64,000 bases of DNA, from the NCBI GenBank assembly GCA_033977065.1, contig JAXCHI010000002.1:288001-352000 (forward strand), in the 5' to 3' direction. The translations under genes and the position numbers were made by a program. Every line of letters begins with the position of its first letter. The stretch's first letter is position 1. Below are positions 28,369 through 38,585 of this stretch, piece by piece. The notes under the pieces were generated by a model, which searched no databases, was not told the origin of the DNA, and was given only the letters and a program-made list of their open reading frames with translations. Source of the stretch: Candidatus Algichlamydia australiensis. Its GTDB lineage: Bacteria; Chlamydiota; Chlamydiia; Chlamydiales; JAJFMI01.

Positions 28369-30210
28369 TTAACAAATTTGCGAGCAGAGCACAAGAGAAC
28401 TATGTGCGCATATTTTATATTGATTTAGAGCCTCCTCTTCCGTTTGTAAATCTTGCTTTGTATCAATCAGTCGTAACCATTTTTGCCCTTCAGGTGGCGG
28501 GGGAATTGTCACATCTAAATCTTTGTAGCAAGCATTAAAAGCAAAATAGAGTGAGCTGCCCTTTTCCAAATCTTTGATAGTGAGTGCGAGAAAGCGTCCC
28601 TCTTTTCCCCACTCCATTGAGTGGGGAATTGTGCCGTGCCAGTGTACCTCATCTGTTTGATAAAAAATCGTCTTGCGTAAAGCGGGATAGGTCTTGCGTA
28701 GTGCGATTAGGCTTTTTACAAAACTTGTAAAAGAAGATTCATTCCAAAGGAGGTGTGTGAGCTTATTATCTTGGCACCAGGGATTATTATTACCTTGATG
28801 CGTTTGGCCAAACTCATCACCAGAAACCATCAGAGGAACTCCTAATGAGGAAAAAAGAATCACCATAGCATTTCGCATCTGTCTTTTACGTAGCCGCAGA
28901 ATTTCTGGGTCTTGTGTCTCTCCCTCTTCACCGCAATTCCAACTCTCATTATAGTCAGAGCCATCGCGATTATTCTCTCCATTAGCCCAATTGTGCTTCT
29001 CGTTGTAACAGAAGAGGTCATGTAGAGAAAATCCATCATGTGCCGTTATAAAATTGATAGAACACAGGGGAGTGCCTTGCGCCTCATAGATCTCCTCCGA
29101 GCCGCAAAAGCAGCCTGCAAAAGAGCTAAGTTGACCATCTGTTCCTTTAAGAAAGCGTCGCACCACATCGCGGTAGCGCCCATTCCACTCTGACCAGCGC
29201 GATCCTCCAGGAAAACTTCCCACTTGATAGAGACCTCCTGCATCCCAAGGCTCGGCAAAAAATTTAACCTCTTGTAGTTTAGGATCGTTCTCAATTGCCT
29301 CAATTAGGGGTGGTTTTGCCATTGGATGACCATTTCCATCACGAGTGAGGCAGGAGGCCAGATCAAAGCGAAAACCATCAACTTGAAATTCGTTTGCAAA
29401 GTAGTGCAAGGAGTCTAAAATAAGTTCCTTCGCGGGTCCCTGATTTACATTTAACGTATTCCCGCAGCCCGAAGCGTTATGAAAATTCCCCGCTTCATCG
29501 AAAACATAATAGCTTTTTTGATCGATCTCTAAAAAAGAGTCAGAGTGATTATATACCACATCTAAAATGACCTCGATCCCAGCGCGATGCAGTTCACGAA
29601 CAAGCTCCTTAAACTCTCTTGTAGGATCATCACTTTTTGCATAGCGTGCCATAGGAGAGAAAAAGCTCAAAGGAGCGTACCCCCAAAAATTGTAGAGCTG
29701 GCTCCCATCTAAAGGGCTTTTTGCTTGATAAGCTGTCTCATCAAACTCAAAGATAGGCATAAGTTCTACGGCTGTAATTCCTAAATCTTTTAGGTAAGGA
29801 ATTTTTTCTATAATACCAGCATACGTACCTGGAGCGCTAACACCAGAAGAGGGATCTTGTGTGAAACCTCGAACATGCATCTCGTAAATGATTAATTGAG
29901 ATAAGTGCAGCCGCGGCTTTTCAATACCTTGCCAATCAAACTCTGCAGCCTCCGCAAGTTTTGCCCGTTTAGAGCTTCCTTGACCCCAGATACGGGGCGC
30001 GTCAATTTGTTTTGCATTTGGATCAAGCACTTCAATTTCATCAACGAAAAACGAGTAACTTGTGGCTCCTTCAGGTACCTGAATTTCTGCACTCCAAATA
30101 GCGCCTTCCCTATTAAGAGAAATACGCTCTAAGCTTTGCTGATCGGCATAAAACTGCACATTTACAGATTGAGCGGAATCGGAAAAAAGTGTAAATTTTT
30201 TTACTTTCAT
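28369..30210 (-). CDS. glgX: Glycogen debranching enzyme / isoamylase
   Basis: IYEMHVRGFT, NFWGY, DVVYNH, DGFRFDLAS, AEPWD, NFITAHDGF. Confidence 0.95.
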   Translation of the reverse strand: MKVKKFTLFSDSAQSVNVQFYADQQSLERISLNREGAIWSAEIQVPEGATSYSFFVDEIEVLDPNAKQIDAPRIWGQGSSKRAKLAEAAEFDWQGIEKPRLHLSQLIIYEMHVRGFTQDPSSGVSAPGTYAGIIEKIPYLKDLGITAVELMPIFEFDETAYQAKSPLDGSQLYNFWGYAPLSFFSPMARYAKSDDPTREFKELVRELHRAGIEVILDVVYNHSDSFLEIDQKSYYVFDEAGNFHNASGCGNTLNVNQGPAKELILDSLHYFANEFQVDGFRFDLASCLTRDGNGHPMAKPPLIEAIENDPKLQEVKFFAEPWDAGGLYQVGSFPGGSRWSEWNGRYRDVVRRFLKGTDGQLSSFAGCFCGSEEIYEAQGTPLCSINFITAHDGFSLHDLFCYNEKHNWANGENNRDGSDYNESWNCGEEGETQDPEILRLRKRQMRNAMVILFSSLGVPLMVSGDEFGQTHQGNNNPWCQDNKLTHLLWNESSFTSFVKSLIALRKTYPALRKTIFYQTDEVHWHGTIPHSMEWGKEGRFLALTIKDLEKGSSLYFAFNACYKDLDVTIPPPPEGQKWLRLIDTKQDLQTEEEALNQYKICAHSSLVLCSQIC

Positions 30211-30217
30211 TCTTTTT

Positions 30218-30245
30218 ATAGGGGAAACTGGGTAGCAACTTGAGT
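30218..30245 (+). repeat. Right-end remnant of family B
   Basis: ATAGGGGAAACTGGGTAGCAACTTGAGT matches the B right termini. Confidence 0.75.
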
Positions 30246-30293
30246 TAAAATAAATTTATAACAAATTTTGCAAAGGTTTGCAAAAATCCCTTA

Positions 30294-30454
30294 GATAGTG
30301 TCGTCAAAAGGCTATAATCAGATTATTTTTCATGTTTGCAGCTTATTTTTGTGCGGAAATTGAAGCTGAATTTGTAAATTCCGCTTCATTTGAGCACAAA
30401 AATGGAGCCCAAACATGAAAAATAAGATGGTTGTATGCTTTTGACGACGCTATC
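30294..30454. mobile_element. Palindromic MITE-like element, family C (161 bp)
   Basis: GATAGTGTCGTCAAAAG...CTTTTGACGACGCTATC, TA on both flanks; inner arms TTATTTTTCATGTTTG/CAAACATGAAAAATAA. Confidence 0.8.
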
Positions 30455-30486
30455 TAAAATAATCCAAAAAAGGTCTCTCTAGAGAG

Positions 30487-30648
30487 GGAAGGACCGAACA
30501 ACTCAGACTTCTCGAGAAGGACTTGAAAATTGGCCAAACTTAATTTTTCTAAATCGCTAACTATTAAGGTGTTAAATTTTTTTTCCAAGGTTAATTTTGT
30601 CAAAATTTTGAGGTCCTTCTTGAGAAGGAGCAGTTATTCAGTCCTCCC
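30487..30648. mobile_element. Palindromic MITE-like element, family A copy 2
   Basis: GGAAGGACCGAACAACT...AGTTATTCAGTCCTCCC; collinear with 1365-1525; abuts an inverted family B fragment (30466-30492). Confidence 0.75.
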
Positions 30649-30717
30649 TTAACTCATTTAAGTTGCAAAATTTAAAGATTCCTGTAACAATGGACGTACA
30701 AACTACAAGGAGAATTT

Positions 30718-31257
30718 ATGTCCTACGAAAATGCTAAGCAGAATCTACAAGAATTTGGAAAGGAGCTGAGCTTAGAGCTTGCTTTTGATGAAAACCACAC
30801 CTGTATTCTTGGCATTGATAATGCTTTTTCTCTACACCTTACCTATGAGCCCAATTCGGATCGTCTCTATCTCTATTCACCCGTACTAGATGGATTACCA
30901 AAAGATGATGCAACAAAACTCAAACTTTATGAAGGACTTCTTGAAGGTTCTATGCTTGGTGGCCAGATGGCTGGCGGAGGAGTTGGAGTCGCAGTTCGCG
31001 AAGAACTTATTCTGATGCATTGCGTGCTCGAAATGGGAGCAGGAACAGAATCTTCTGCTCTTCGCCGTTTTGCTCCTCTCTTTGTTGAAGCTGTTGAGAA
31101 GTGGCGTGAGAAAGCAAAAGCTGTCATGGAAGGGCGTGAGCTACCAAAAGATGACCGCATGATCCCACCGGTAGGCGGCATGGGCGGCGGGAAACAGGGC
31201 GATCAAAACCAAGATCATCCGAAGCCAGGTGGTGACGACCGCTTCATCAAAATTTAG
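30718..31257 (+). CDS. slc1: Type III secretion class I chaperone (CesT family, Slc1/CT043 homolog)
   Basis: FSLHLTYE..SDRLY.Y.P.LDGLP and LLEGSMLGGQMAGGGVGVA as in Chlamydia CT043; AAGGAG RBS. Confidence 0.88.
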   Translation: MSYENAKQNLQEFGKELSLELAFDENHTCILGIDNAFSLHLTYEPNSDRLYLYSPVLDGLPKDDATKLKLYEGLLEGSMLGGQMAGGGVGVAVREELILMHCVLEMGAGTESSALRRFAPLFVEAVEKWREKAKAVMEGRELPKDDRMIPPVGGMGGGKQGDQNQDHPKPGGDDRFIKI

Positions 31258-31272
31258 ACATGTAAGTGCTGA

Positions 31273-32583
31273 TTAGTGCTTACATAACCTTCTTTCAATA
31301 TCGCAAAGATAGGTATGTATTTCGCGGCCCTCTTTTTGGAGGGCCTCTTCTATTATTTTAACAGAGCTCATTACCGTAGAGTGATCTTTTGAAAACGTAT
31401 GACCGATCTTTGTGTATGGCATCTTCAATTTTTCACGGCACAGATACATTGCCACCTGACGTGGTAGCACAAATTCGCGACACTGCGATTTGCCTAAGAT
31501 ATCTTCATGCTTAATCCCAAAAACCTCTGCCACAATGTGCGCTAAACTCTCAGAAGTCAACGCTGAGCTCATCTCTTTTTTACAGAGATCCTGCAAGTAC
31601 TCTTTGGCTCTCGCCAAACAGATGCGCTCCTTCTTTCCTAAGTGTGAGCGCAGTACAAGCGCATTTAACGCCTCAATCAACGCCGTAGTAGTAGAAAATT
31701 CATGAACCAAATAATCCAAGACCTCGCCTGTAAGAGGAAAACAGAGCTCTTCAGAGCGTTTCTTCACAATCTCGCGGCAGAGCCGTCCTGTCGGCTTATC
31801 AAGCGTCAGGGTTAGCCCCCATTCAAACCGGCTCACTAGGCGCTCTTCTATTTCACTCAGCAAGCCCTGCGGCATATTGGCAGAGAGTACAATTTGCTTG
31901 CCCGCCGTATGCAATAAATTGAACGTATGAAAAAACTCCTCTTGCGTCGCTTTTCTCCGCGCAAGCTCTCCCACATCATCAAAAAGCCAGACATCAATCT
32001 CACGGTAGACCTTGCGAAATTTTTCCATCTCGGCTCCACGAATCGCACTGACGACATGGCGCATAAACGTCTCACCTCGCACATAAAAAACGCGCTGTCC
32101 TTCCTGGCGTAATTTTTTACATAATGCCATGAGCAAGTGACTCTTTCCTGAGCCCTTCGGGCCATAAAGATAGATGGGATTGAACTCTTCAGAAGGCTTT
32201 TTAGAGATCTCTTCAAAAAGTTTAAAGCTCATCTGATTCTCATCAGAAACAACAAAGTTTGAAAAGTGCGCGTAAGGATCAACAGCATCGCTTGCAAAAA
32301 CAAGCTCCTCTCCTTTTTCGCTCTGGGATTTTTCAGAAATAATGTTTTGTTTGGCAAGGGTTATATGAATGCGAATAGGGCGACCGGAAGGGGTGCGCAG
32401 TTTTTTTTCTGCTTTTTCACGAAGGTGCTGCTCAAACCATTCCCGAACAAAAGCGTCTTTTGCCTCTAAAAAGAGATTGCGCGCATCAAAGCGCGCAAGT
32501 ACCAAGGCTTTGAGCCACTTATTGCTGTTAGCGACTCCTAACTCTTTCTCTTGGCTTTTTACAAAGTTCTCCCATGCCTTCAT
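31273..32583 (-). CDS. dnaA: Chromosomal replication initiator
   Basis: NPIYLYGPKGSGKSHL, QEEFFHTFN, SRFEWGL, RQVAMYL, KDHSTV. Confidence 0.95.
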   Translation of the reverse strand: MKAWENFVKSQEKELGVANSNKWLKALVLARFDARNLFLEAKDAFVREWFEQHLREKAEKKLRTPSGRPIRIHITLAKQNIISEKSQSEKGEELVFASDAVDPYAHFSNFVVSDENQMSFKLFEEISKKPSEEFNPIYLYGPKGSGKSHLLMALCKKLRQEGQRVFYVRGETFMRHVVSAIRGAEMEKFRKVYREIDVWLFDDVGELARRKATQEEFFHTFNLLHTAGKQIVLSANMPQGLLSEIEERLVSRFEWGLTLTLDKPTGRLCREIVKKRSEELCFPLTGEVLDYLVHEFSTTTALIEALNALVLRSHLGKKERICLARAKEYLQDLCKKEMSSALTSESLAHIVAEVFGIKHEDILGKSQCREFVLPRQVAMYLCREKLKMPYTKIGHTFSKDHSTVMSSVKIIEEALQKEGREIHTYLCDIERRLCKH

Positions 32584-32615
32584 TCACTAGAGTGTAGGAG
32601 AAGCCCTATTTCAAT

Positions 32616-34058
32616 TCAAACAGCAGCAAGTTTAGCTTTTTCTTTTAAAATATTTTTAACTTCTGCAGGGCAATTCTCTTTCCAAGGATTGCTCTGATTG
32701 ATTGCATCTCTCTTTTTTGAAATAAATGCAAGAACAGCATTAACAGCAGATTGTAACGGATTTACACCATTCTTAATTTGGCAGTGTAGCATCCAATTTT
32801 TCACTTTTTCATTTGTGTCTTGGAGAACTTTAAATTGTTTTCCCCCGGGATCATTTGGATTCCTGTCGGGATGAAGTTTCAACGAAAGTTTAAGAAAGTT
32901 TTTTCTAAGTGTTTGAGCGCTATCATTCTCTGTTACTTCAAGGGCTGCAAACTCATCTTGAGTTGGCTTTTCAAATACCTCTCCGTCCTTTGAGGACGTT
33001 GTTTGATGCAAAACATCCCAAAGCGCAGGAAGATATTCTAGCCTGAATTCTCCACTTGCAAATAGAGCATTAGAAAACTCTTCTTGTGACGGGGGGTGAT
33101 CAGAAAGAATCTTTGTGATTTTTTGAATGATTTCCTCTTTCTGTTTTAGTGCTTCCTTCTTATCGTTATGTGCGGCTTCAATGTAAAATTGGTCACCAAG
33201 AGGACTGTTATGTTCAGGGCTTTTAAGACGTTCTATTTCTTGGTCATAATTTTCTCCTTTGTAAACAGCTATATCAAGAAGAATATTTGTGAGAGCCTTC
33301 ATAGGTAACGATTCTAGTAGCTTACTATTATCTGATAAAAGTCCTATGGCTGTGAGTATCTTAGGATATCTAGCAGTGGTTTGATTTTGAGTGCCAACTG
33401 ATTTTCTAAACTCATCAATGCCTATATTTTTGCTTAGTATGTACAAGCCCAATGGTGAAAGCTTATTTGCATATTTTTCTTTATTTTCTGTGCTGAGATT
33501 ACTCCAGATTTCATCAACTAAGCAGAATTCAAGAGCCTCTTGCTGTTTGAGATTTCCGCAAGAGGGCTTACCAACAAGTGATAATTTTGCAAACTGTTTC
33601 TCTGAAAGTATTTCTCTTAAGAAGTGTTTCTGCAAGTTGGTTAAGGAAGCAAAAACGCTCATTGCGTCATTGGAAGTTGAAAGTGTCCAATACCATGAAG
33701 AGAAGAAAACTTTCATATGCTTGTAACCAAGCGGTTTTCCAAATTCTAATGCTCCTTGCTCTTCTAATCTCTCAGTAAATGAAGTAGCTGAAAACTCAAT
33801 TATTTTATTAAACGAGAAATAATAAGCTGCTGTGAGAGTGACTAAGAGAGTGGTAAGGGCAATTCCTCCTTTTACATCAGAAAATTTGCAGTTTGGTGTT
33901 TTAGAAGCCCATTCGTATGTTTGTCCAGCCATACCCAAAGCTGACAATCCTAGCATTGCAAGGACAAATCCGTAGGTTTTACCGACCACAGCTCCCTGCT
34001 GTTCACAAAGGTCCATAAGAGTAAAAGAAGGTCTGTGTGGTTGTACTGGTTTTAACAT
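32616..34058 (-). CDS. Membrane-anchored protein with C-terminal J (DnaJ) domain
   Basis: Two N-terminal hydrophobic segments; LRKNFLKLSLKLHPDRNPND; AT-rich. Confidence 0.75.
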   Translation of the reverse strand: MLKPVQPHRPSFTLMDLCEQQGAVVGKTYGFVLAMLGLSALGMAGQTYEWASKTPNCKFSDVKGGIALTTLLVTLTAAYYFSFNKIIEFSATSFTERLEEQGALEFGKPLGYKHMKVFFSSWYWTLSTSNDAMSVFASLTNLQKHFLREILSEKQFAKLSLVGKPSCGNLKQQEALEFCLVDEIWSNLSTENKEKYANKLSPLGLYILSKNIGIDEFRKSVGTQNQTTARYPKILTAIGLLSDNSKLLESLPMKALTNILLDIAVYKGENYDQEIERLKSPEHNSPLGDQFYIEAAHNDKKEALKQKEEIIQKITKILSDHPPSQEEFSNALFASGEFRLEYLPALWDVLHQTTSSKDGEVFEKPTQDEFAALEVTENDSAQTLRKNFLKLSLKLHPDRNPNDPGGKQFKVLQDTNEKVKNWMLHCQIKNGVNPLQSAVNAVLAFISKKRDAINQSNPWKENCPAEVKNILKEKAKLAAV

Positions 34059-34129
34059 GTTTATCTCCGTATAAATTCAAGAGACCATTTTAACACATTC
34101 TTAAATAAACTCCGAATATTAAATAAAAA

Positions 34130-36493
34130 TTATGCTTTTTGAGGGGAAGATTTACCATTCATCTTTTTGTGAGTGTACCACTGCTGGAGGGCTGAGAGAC
34201 TCATCGAGGAGATCCAGTAGAGATTCAAGCCTGAGGGGAAGCGGTAGAAGAGGAAGGTGAAGACAACAGCCATTATCGTGCCCATGTTTTGGGCCTGTTT
34301 CTCTTGCTCGTTTGCTGGTTTTTTCCCAGAGAGCTTCTTCATCATGCGCTGCTGTAGGAACATGATGCCACCGAGTAGGAAGGGGAGGAGGTGGAATGAA
34401 GTACCAAAGAAAGGGATAGGGGTGCTCCATGAAAAGAGAATATCGGGGGCAGTCAGGTTGTCAATCCAGCCTGGGATGAAACTGGCTCCGCGGAGCGCAA
34501 AGACAGATTTGAGTAGATCAAACATTCCAATGAGGAAAGGCATCTGGATCAGCATGGGGAGGCAGCCGCCCATGAGTGGATTCGCGCCGCCCTCTTTGTA
34601 GAGTTTCATCATCTCCATCTTTTGACGCTGTGGATCTTTTGCATAGCGCTCTTGGATCGCTTTAATTTTTGGCGAGAGCTGCTGCATGCGGATTGTCGAT
34701 TTGACGGACCAAGCGTTCAGCGGATAGAGCATGATGCGCAAGAAAACGGTGAGAAGAATAATGGAGAAGCCCCAAGAGTGGACGACTTGGTAGATCATGT
34801 TGAGGACAAAGAAGAGAAACTTAGCAAAGGGCGCGGAGATGAACGAGAAGATTCCGTGAAAGCTTATAGCTGACTTGTAATCGGGGTTGTAACCTTGATC
34901 GGCGTAGGCTTGATCTACTTGTTTGAGGACAGTTGATTCAAGTGGACCGGCGTAGAAGCGAAAGGTTTGGGTCTGGTTTGTCGGGGCAAGAGGGAGGAAA
35001 GTTTCGTAGCCGGGAAACTTTGCGGCTGGGTAGAGGTTGTGTTCAGCGTCGATGATGGTCAGACGCGAAGGGTCAAAGTTGCCAGGGACGTGGTCTGTTT
35101 TAAGACCGGGGCCAATGTCTGTGAGAGGATCGAGCAGTAGGGTAAAAAAGCCGTTGGAGTTGCTGACCCAGTCAGGCTGCATATGGGCGTAGGTTGTGGA
35201 GTCTTTTTTTGGCAGGCTGAGTTTTGATACTTCTACCTTATCAATGTGTGAGCTGCGTACTTTAATATCGGGGTTGGAGCGTCCTGAAATGAGCTCTGCT
35301 TCAGGTATTCCGCTGCCAAGCCAGAGACCGCGTGTATCTCCGTCAACGCGAACAGAAAGATCTAGCACGTAGGGTGCGTTGGTGTTTTCTGGAGGAAAGG
35401 AGTAGGTTTTGGTGATGCGACGACTGCTAGTTGTTGCTTCAAACACAATTTGATTTTGTGTTTGGCTACGCATAGTAAAGGGAAGGGCAGAGAGCCCAGG
35501 ATCTGAGGACTGGATCGTTAGGGCGTTAAAACGAGGAGATTCTTGAAAGGCATTTTTTCCTTGAATGCTGCGACGGAGGAGGGGGTAGTAACCGCCTTTT
35601 GTCGGTTGCATTTGCACGCGGCTTCCTGAGGCATCGACAATTTGATAGCTGTTATTAGGAAAGCGGTCGTTGAGAGAGTATTTTTCAGCAATGATGCGGT
35701 CAGCTTCTACAGGAAGAACAACGCTCGCATTATCTTTATCACTTTTGAAGGGTAGGTTGATTTCACTGATCGATCCGCCAATATTGGAAAAGACGATCTG
35801 CTGGTACTCATTTTCTAATACGTAAAACTGCTCTTGAACCCCTTGTGTTGTTTTGGGTTTTAAGATGGTAATGGCTTCTTGAAAGTGGATATCAGCTGTC
35901 AGCTCTTCATAGCGCCCTTTTAGGGAGTCATAGTAGCCAACAGGGACGTAATTACCTGCAAAATTGTAGAGGGCGATTGCAGGCTCTGCTGGCTTTCCAG
36001 AGGGGAAGAGAAGGGTGTTGTCTTCAGAGACGGCAAGTGTAACAGTGGGAGATTGTCCGAGGGTAACAAGTTGCAGGTCGTAAGCGCCAATCTGCGGTGG
36101 GTAGGTAGAAGCTAGAGATTCGCCTTCACTTGCTGTATAGAGAAATGGAGCACCGAGATCTCCTTTGATTGAGAGAGAGAGTTTTTTTCCATTTTTCGTG
36201 TAAAGAACTGAGGGGCGGTTGTCGAATGGGGTGATGAGATAATTTTCTCCGTACTGCAATGCGTTTGTTGCAAACTCTGCGCCCGCTTCATCGCGATAGA
36301 GTGCGGTGAGAGGGAACTGGCTCATTGAGGCGACGCGACCAGATACGTCCTGGACCATGAGCTGCTGTTCTTTGGCTTTTTGCTCTTTATATTTTTGAAT
36401 CGCAGCATCTTCACCCTTGCGGAAGAAGAGAGATTGAATGAGAAAAAAGGAGCAGGTTGTAATAACCAAAAAAAGTGTTGTGCGTTTATCCAT
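34130..36493 (-). CDS. yidC: Membrane protein insertase (long chlamydial form)
   Basis: SWGFSIILLT, GCLPMLIQMP, WIDNLTAPD, PSGLNLYW; start MDKRT at 36493. Confidence 0.95.
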   Translation of the reverse strand: MDKRTTLFLVITTCSFFLIQSLFFRKGEDAAIQKYKEQKAKEQQLMVQDVSGRVASMSQFPLTALYRDEAGAEFATNALQYGENYLITPFDNRPSVLYTKNGKKLSLSIKGDLGAPFLYTASEGESLASTYPPQIGAYDLQLVTLGQSPTVTLAVSEDNTLLFPSGKPAEPAIALYNFAGNYVPVGYYDSLKGRYEELTADIHFQEAITILKPKTTQGVQEQFYVLENEYQQIVFSNIGGSISEINLPFKSDKDNASVVLPVEADRIIAEKYSLNDRFPNNSYQIVDASGSRVQMQPTKGGYYPLLRRSIQGKNAFQESPRFNALTIQSSDPGLSALPFTMRSQTQNQIVFEATTSSRRITKTYSFPPENTNAPYVLDLSVRVDGDTRGLWLGSGIPEAELISGRSNPDIKVRSSHIDKVEVSKLSLPKKDSTTYAHMQPDWVSNSNGFFTLLLDPLTDIGPGLKTDHVPGNFDPSRLTIIDAEHNLYPAAKFPGYETFLPLAPTNQTQTFRFYAGPLESTVLKQVDQAYADQGYNPDYKSAISFHGIFSFISAPFAKFLFFVLNMIYQVVHSWGFSIILLTVFLRIMLYPLNAWSVKSTIRMQQLSPKIKAIQERYAKDPQRQKMEMMKLYKEGGANPLMGGCLPMLIQMPFLIGMFDLLKSVFALRGASFIPGWIDNLTAPDILFSWSTPIPFFGTSFHLLPFLLGGIMFLQQRMMKKLSGKKPANEQEKQAQNMGTIMAVVFTFLFYRFPSGLNLYWISSMSLSALQQWYTHKKMNGKSSPQKA

Positions 36494-38585
36494 ACTTGTT
36501 CGTGCGATCCTCAAATTTTTGCATAAATTTTTTAAATGCAGGTTCATCCCGTATTGGGTCTAGCCACTCATCATGCATGAGTTCATGATAGGAGGGAAGA
36601 ACTTCGTGCTTTTCCGACTTTTCTAAAAAGCGCATGGCGTGTGGAAAATTTTCTTGCTGTATCTCTAAGCAGGCAAGATGAAAAAAGGCGGGCGCGTAGC
36701 CGTGGCGTGCAGCTTGCGTCAATTTTTGTCTTGCCATTTGAAAGTAACTCTCAGCCTCTTCGCTGTTTTCTAGAGAAGAGCCAAGGCTGATAAGAGTCAC
36801 ACCCCAGTCAAGTAGGAGTTGCTCTTCGTTATCTGTGCGCTTCTCTTCTAAGCGGTAGTGGTGCAGAGCGCGCAAAAAGATAGAGGGGTCATCCAGGAGC
36901 TCTCCAAGATGGGAGTAGACAATAGCAAGGCGGTAGTGAATTTGGGGAAACTCGGGGTCTACGAGCAAAATTTGATTCAAAAGATCGAGTGCCTGGATAT
37001 AGATCCCTTCATCATCCTCGTAATCTCCCAACATATCGAGTGCACTTGCGTACTCAAAGTGCCATCTAGGCAGTGTGTAAAGAGCATTTTTATGAAGAGA
37101 GAAAGCCTTTTCAAATTGGGAAAGCGCTAACTCAAGTGGCGCTTTTTTTCCTTCTAGTTCCGCATTTTTTGTCAGGGCTGTTGCGAGAGTGTAGTGGTGA
37201 ACACTTGACCCTTTTAGATTCAGCGCACGCTTGAGAAAGCGGAGGCTCAAATTCAAATCTTCACGTTCGCCTGCGTAGTCGAAGCAGTAGAGGTAGGCGC
37301 GACCCATTGCGTACCAGATATGAAAGTTTGTTGAGCGGAAGGAGAGTCCTTTTTGGTACTTTTCAATCGCCTGAAAGTGGTAATCAAGATCGTCGTAATA
37401 GATCCCAAGTGCTTCGAGTGATTCGCCGTAGGCAAGGAAGAATTCAGGGTCAGATTTACACTTGCTTTCAATGCCATTTAGGATGTTTTGTCCATCGTAA
37501 ATCCAATTGATCTCTTCACGACTTTTGCCAATTGCTGTAAGAAGGCGTGCCTTTAAAATATTGATTTCGAGGTTGCGGTTGTGGAATCGCGCAGCGCGCT
37601 TGCACTTATCTAGACCGCTTACAAGCAATTTTCGATTGTTTGTATGCGTGCCGGCAGTGAGCAAAAGCTTTGCTGATGCAGTCCAGACAGAGAGGTTATT
37701 TGAGCCTAGCTCGGTCGCAGTTGCAAAAGACTCACTTGCTTGTACAAAGTGCTCTTCATCAAGTGTGAGGTAGAAAATTTTTGCAAAGGCTTGTCCTAGA
37801 TCGTACCAGCATGAGAATGAGCTTAGCTCGCATGATACAGCGTGTTTGAGATGTTCAATTCCTTTTTGATAGAGAGAGAAATCGTTGAGCTGCTCAGCAA
37901 GGCAGATAGTTGTATTGCCAAAAATTTGCCAGAATTCTGCAGGAAATTTCTCTTTTGTGGCTGCTGCTTTTTCAAAGGATTGCAGAGCGAGCCGTGTGTC
38001 AAGTGCTTCGCCGGACTGATTAGCAATAGCAACCCATGCTAAGGCGTGATCCCAGTAGAGGTCGGGAAGGATGTCTCTAGCAATCAGATCTTTTGACTCA
38101 AGCGCTTCGGTAAAAATTTCTTTCGCTTTTTGAAAATAATGATTTTCACTACGCTGTTTGCCAAGAATAAAATAGGCACAACCTAGAGGATGAAGACTTT
38201 TGGCATCCTTAACGCGATTCAAAAATCGTATTGCTGGTAAAAGATATTTTTCTTTACTCGGTGCACTTCCAAAATGGAAGGCGGCAAGACCCATCGAATA
38301 AAAGAGCTCGAGATTTTCTGGGTCGTTGGCAGCAGCAAGTTCAAAAAATTGAAATCCACTTGCATCGCCTTGTAAGAGCTTAGTTTCCCCCTTACGGAAA
38401 AGTACATCCGAAACGGAGTCTCCTTGAAGAAGATCTTCTTCAAGGAGGAGTTCTTCTAGAAGACTGCGCTGCTTTGGGGCCTCTTTTTCAAAAAAAGACT
38501 CCCTAAGTAGACTCTCTGGGGTTTGCTTTGCTCTGTCCATCAATAGTTGTGGATTATACCCTTCTTCCTGCACAATCGTCAACAT
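36486..38585 (-). CDS. Tetratricopeptide-repeat protein
   Basis: Serial TPR-like helix pairs; start uncertain (38585 or ~38540). Confidence 0.8.
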   Translation of the reverse strand: MLTIVQEEGYNPQLLMDRAKQTPESLLRESFFEKEAPKQRSLLEELLLEEDLLQGDSVSDVLFRKGETKLLQGDASGFQFFELAAANDPENLELFYSMGLAAFHFGSAPSKEKYLLPAIRFLNRVKDAKSLHPLGCAYFILGKQRSENHYFQKAKEIFTEALESKDLIARDILPDLYWDHALAWVAIANQSGEALDTRLALQSFEKAAATKEKFPAEFWQIFGNTTICLAEQLNDFSLYQKGIEHLKHAVSCELSSFSCWYDLGQAFAKIFYLTLDEEHFVQASESFATATELGSNNLSVWTASAKLLLTAGTHTNNRKLLVSGLDKCKRAARFHNRNLEINILKARLLTAIGKSREEINWIYDGQNILNGIESKCKSDPEFFLAYGESLEALGIYYDDLDYHFQAIEKYQKGLSFRSTNFHIWYAMGRAYLYCFDYAGEREDLNLSLRFLKRALNLKGSSVHHYTLATALTKNAELEGKKAPLELALSQFEKAFSLHKNALYTLPRWHFEYASALDMLGDYEDDEGIYIQALDLLNQILLVDPEFPQIHYRLAIVYSHLGELLDDPSIFLRALHHYRLEEKRTDNEEQLLLDWGVTLISLGSSLENSEEAESYFQMARQKLTQAARHGYAPAFFHLACLEIQQENFPHAMRFLEKSEKHEVLPSYHELMHDEWLDPIRDEPAFKKFMQKFEDRTNKYG

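Noticed and set aside
30213..32615. oriC beside dnaA
   Set aside because: No DnaA-box (TTATCCACA) cluster seen; the spacer is explained by palindromic elements.
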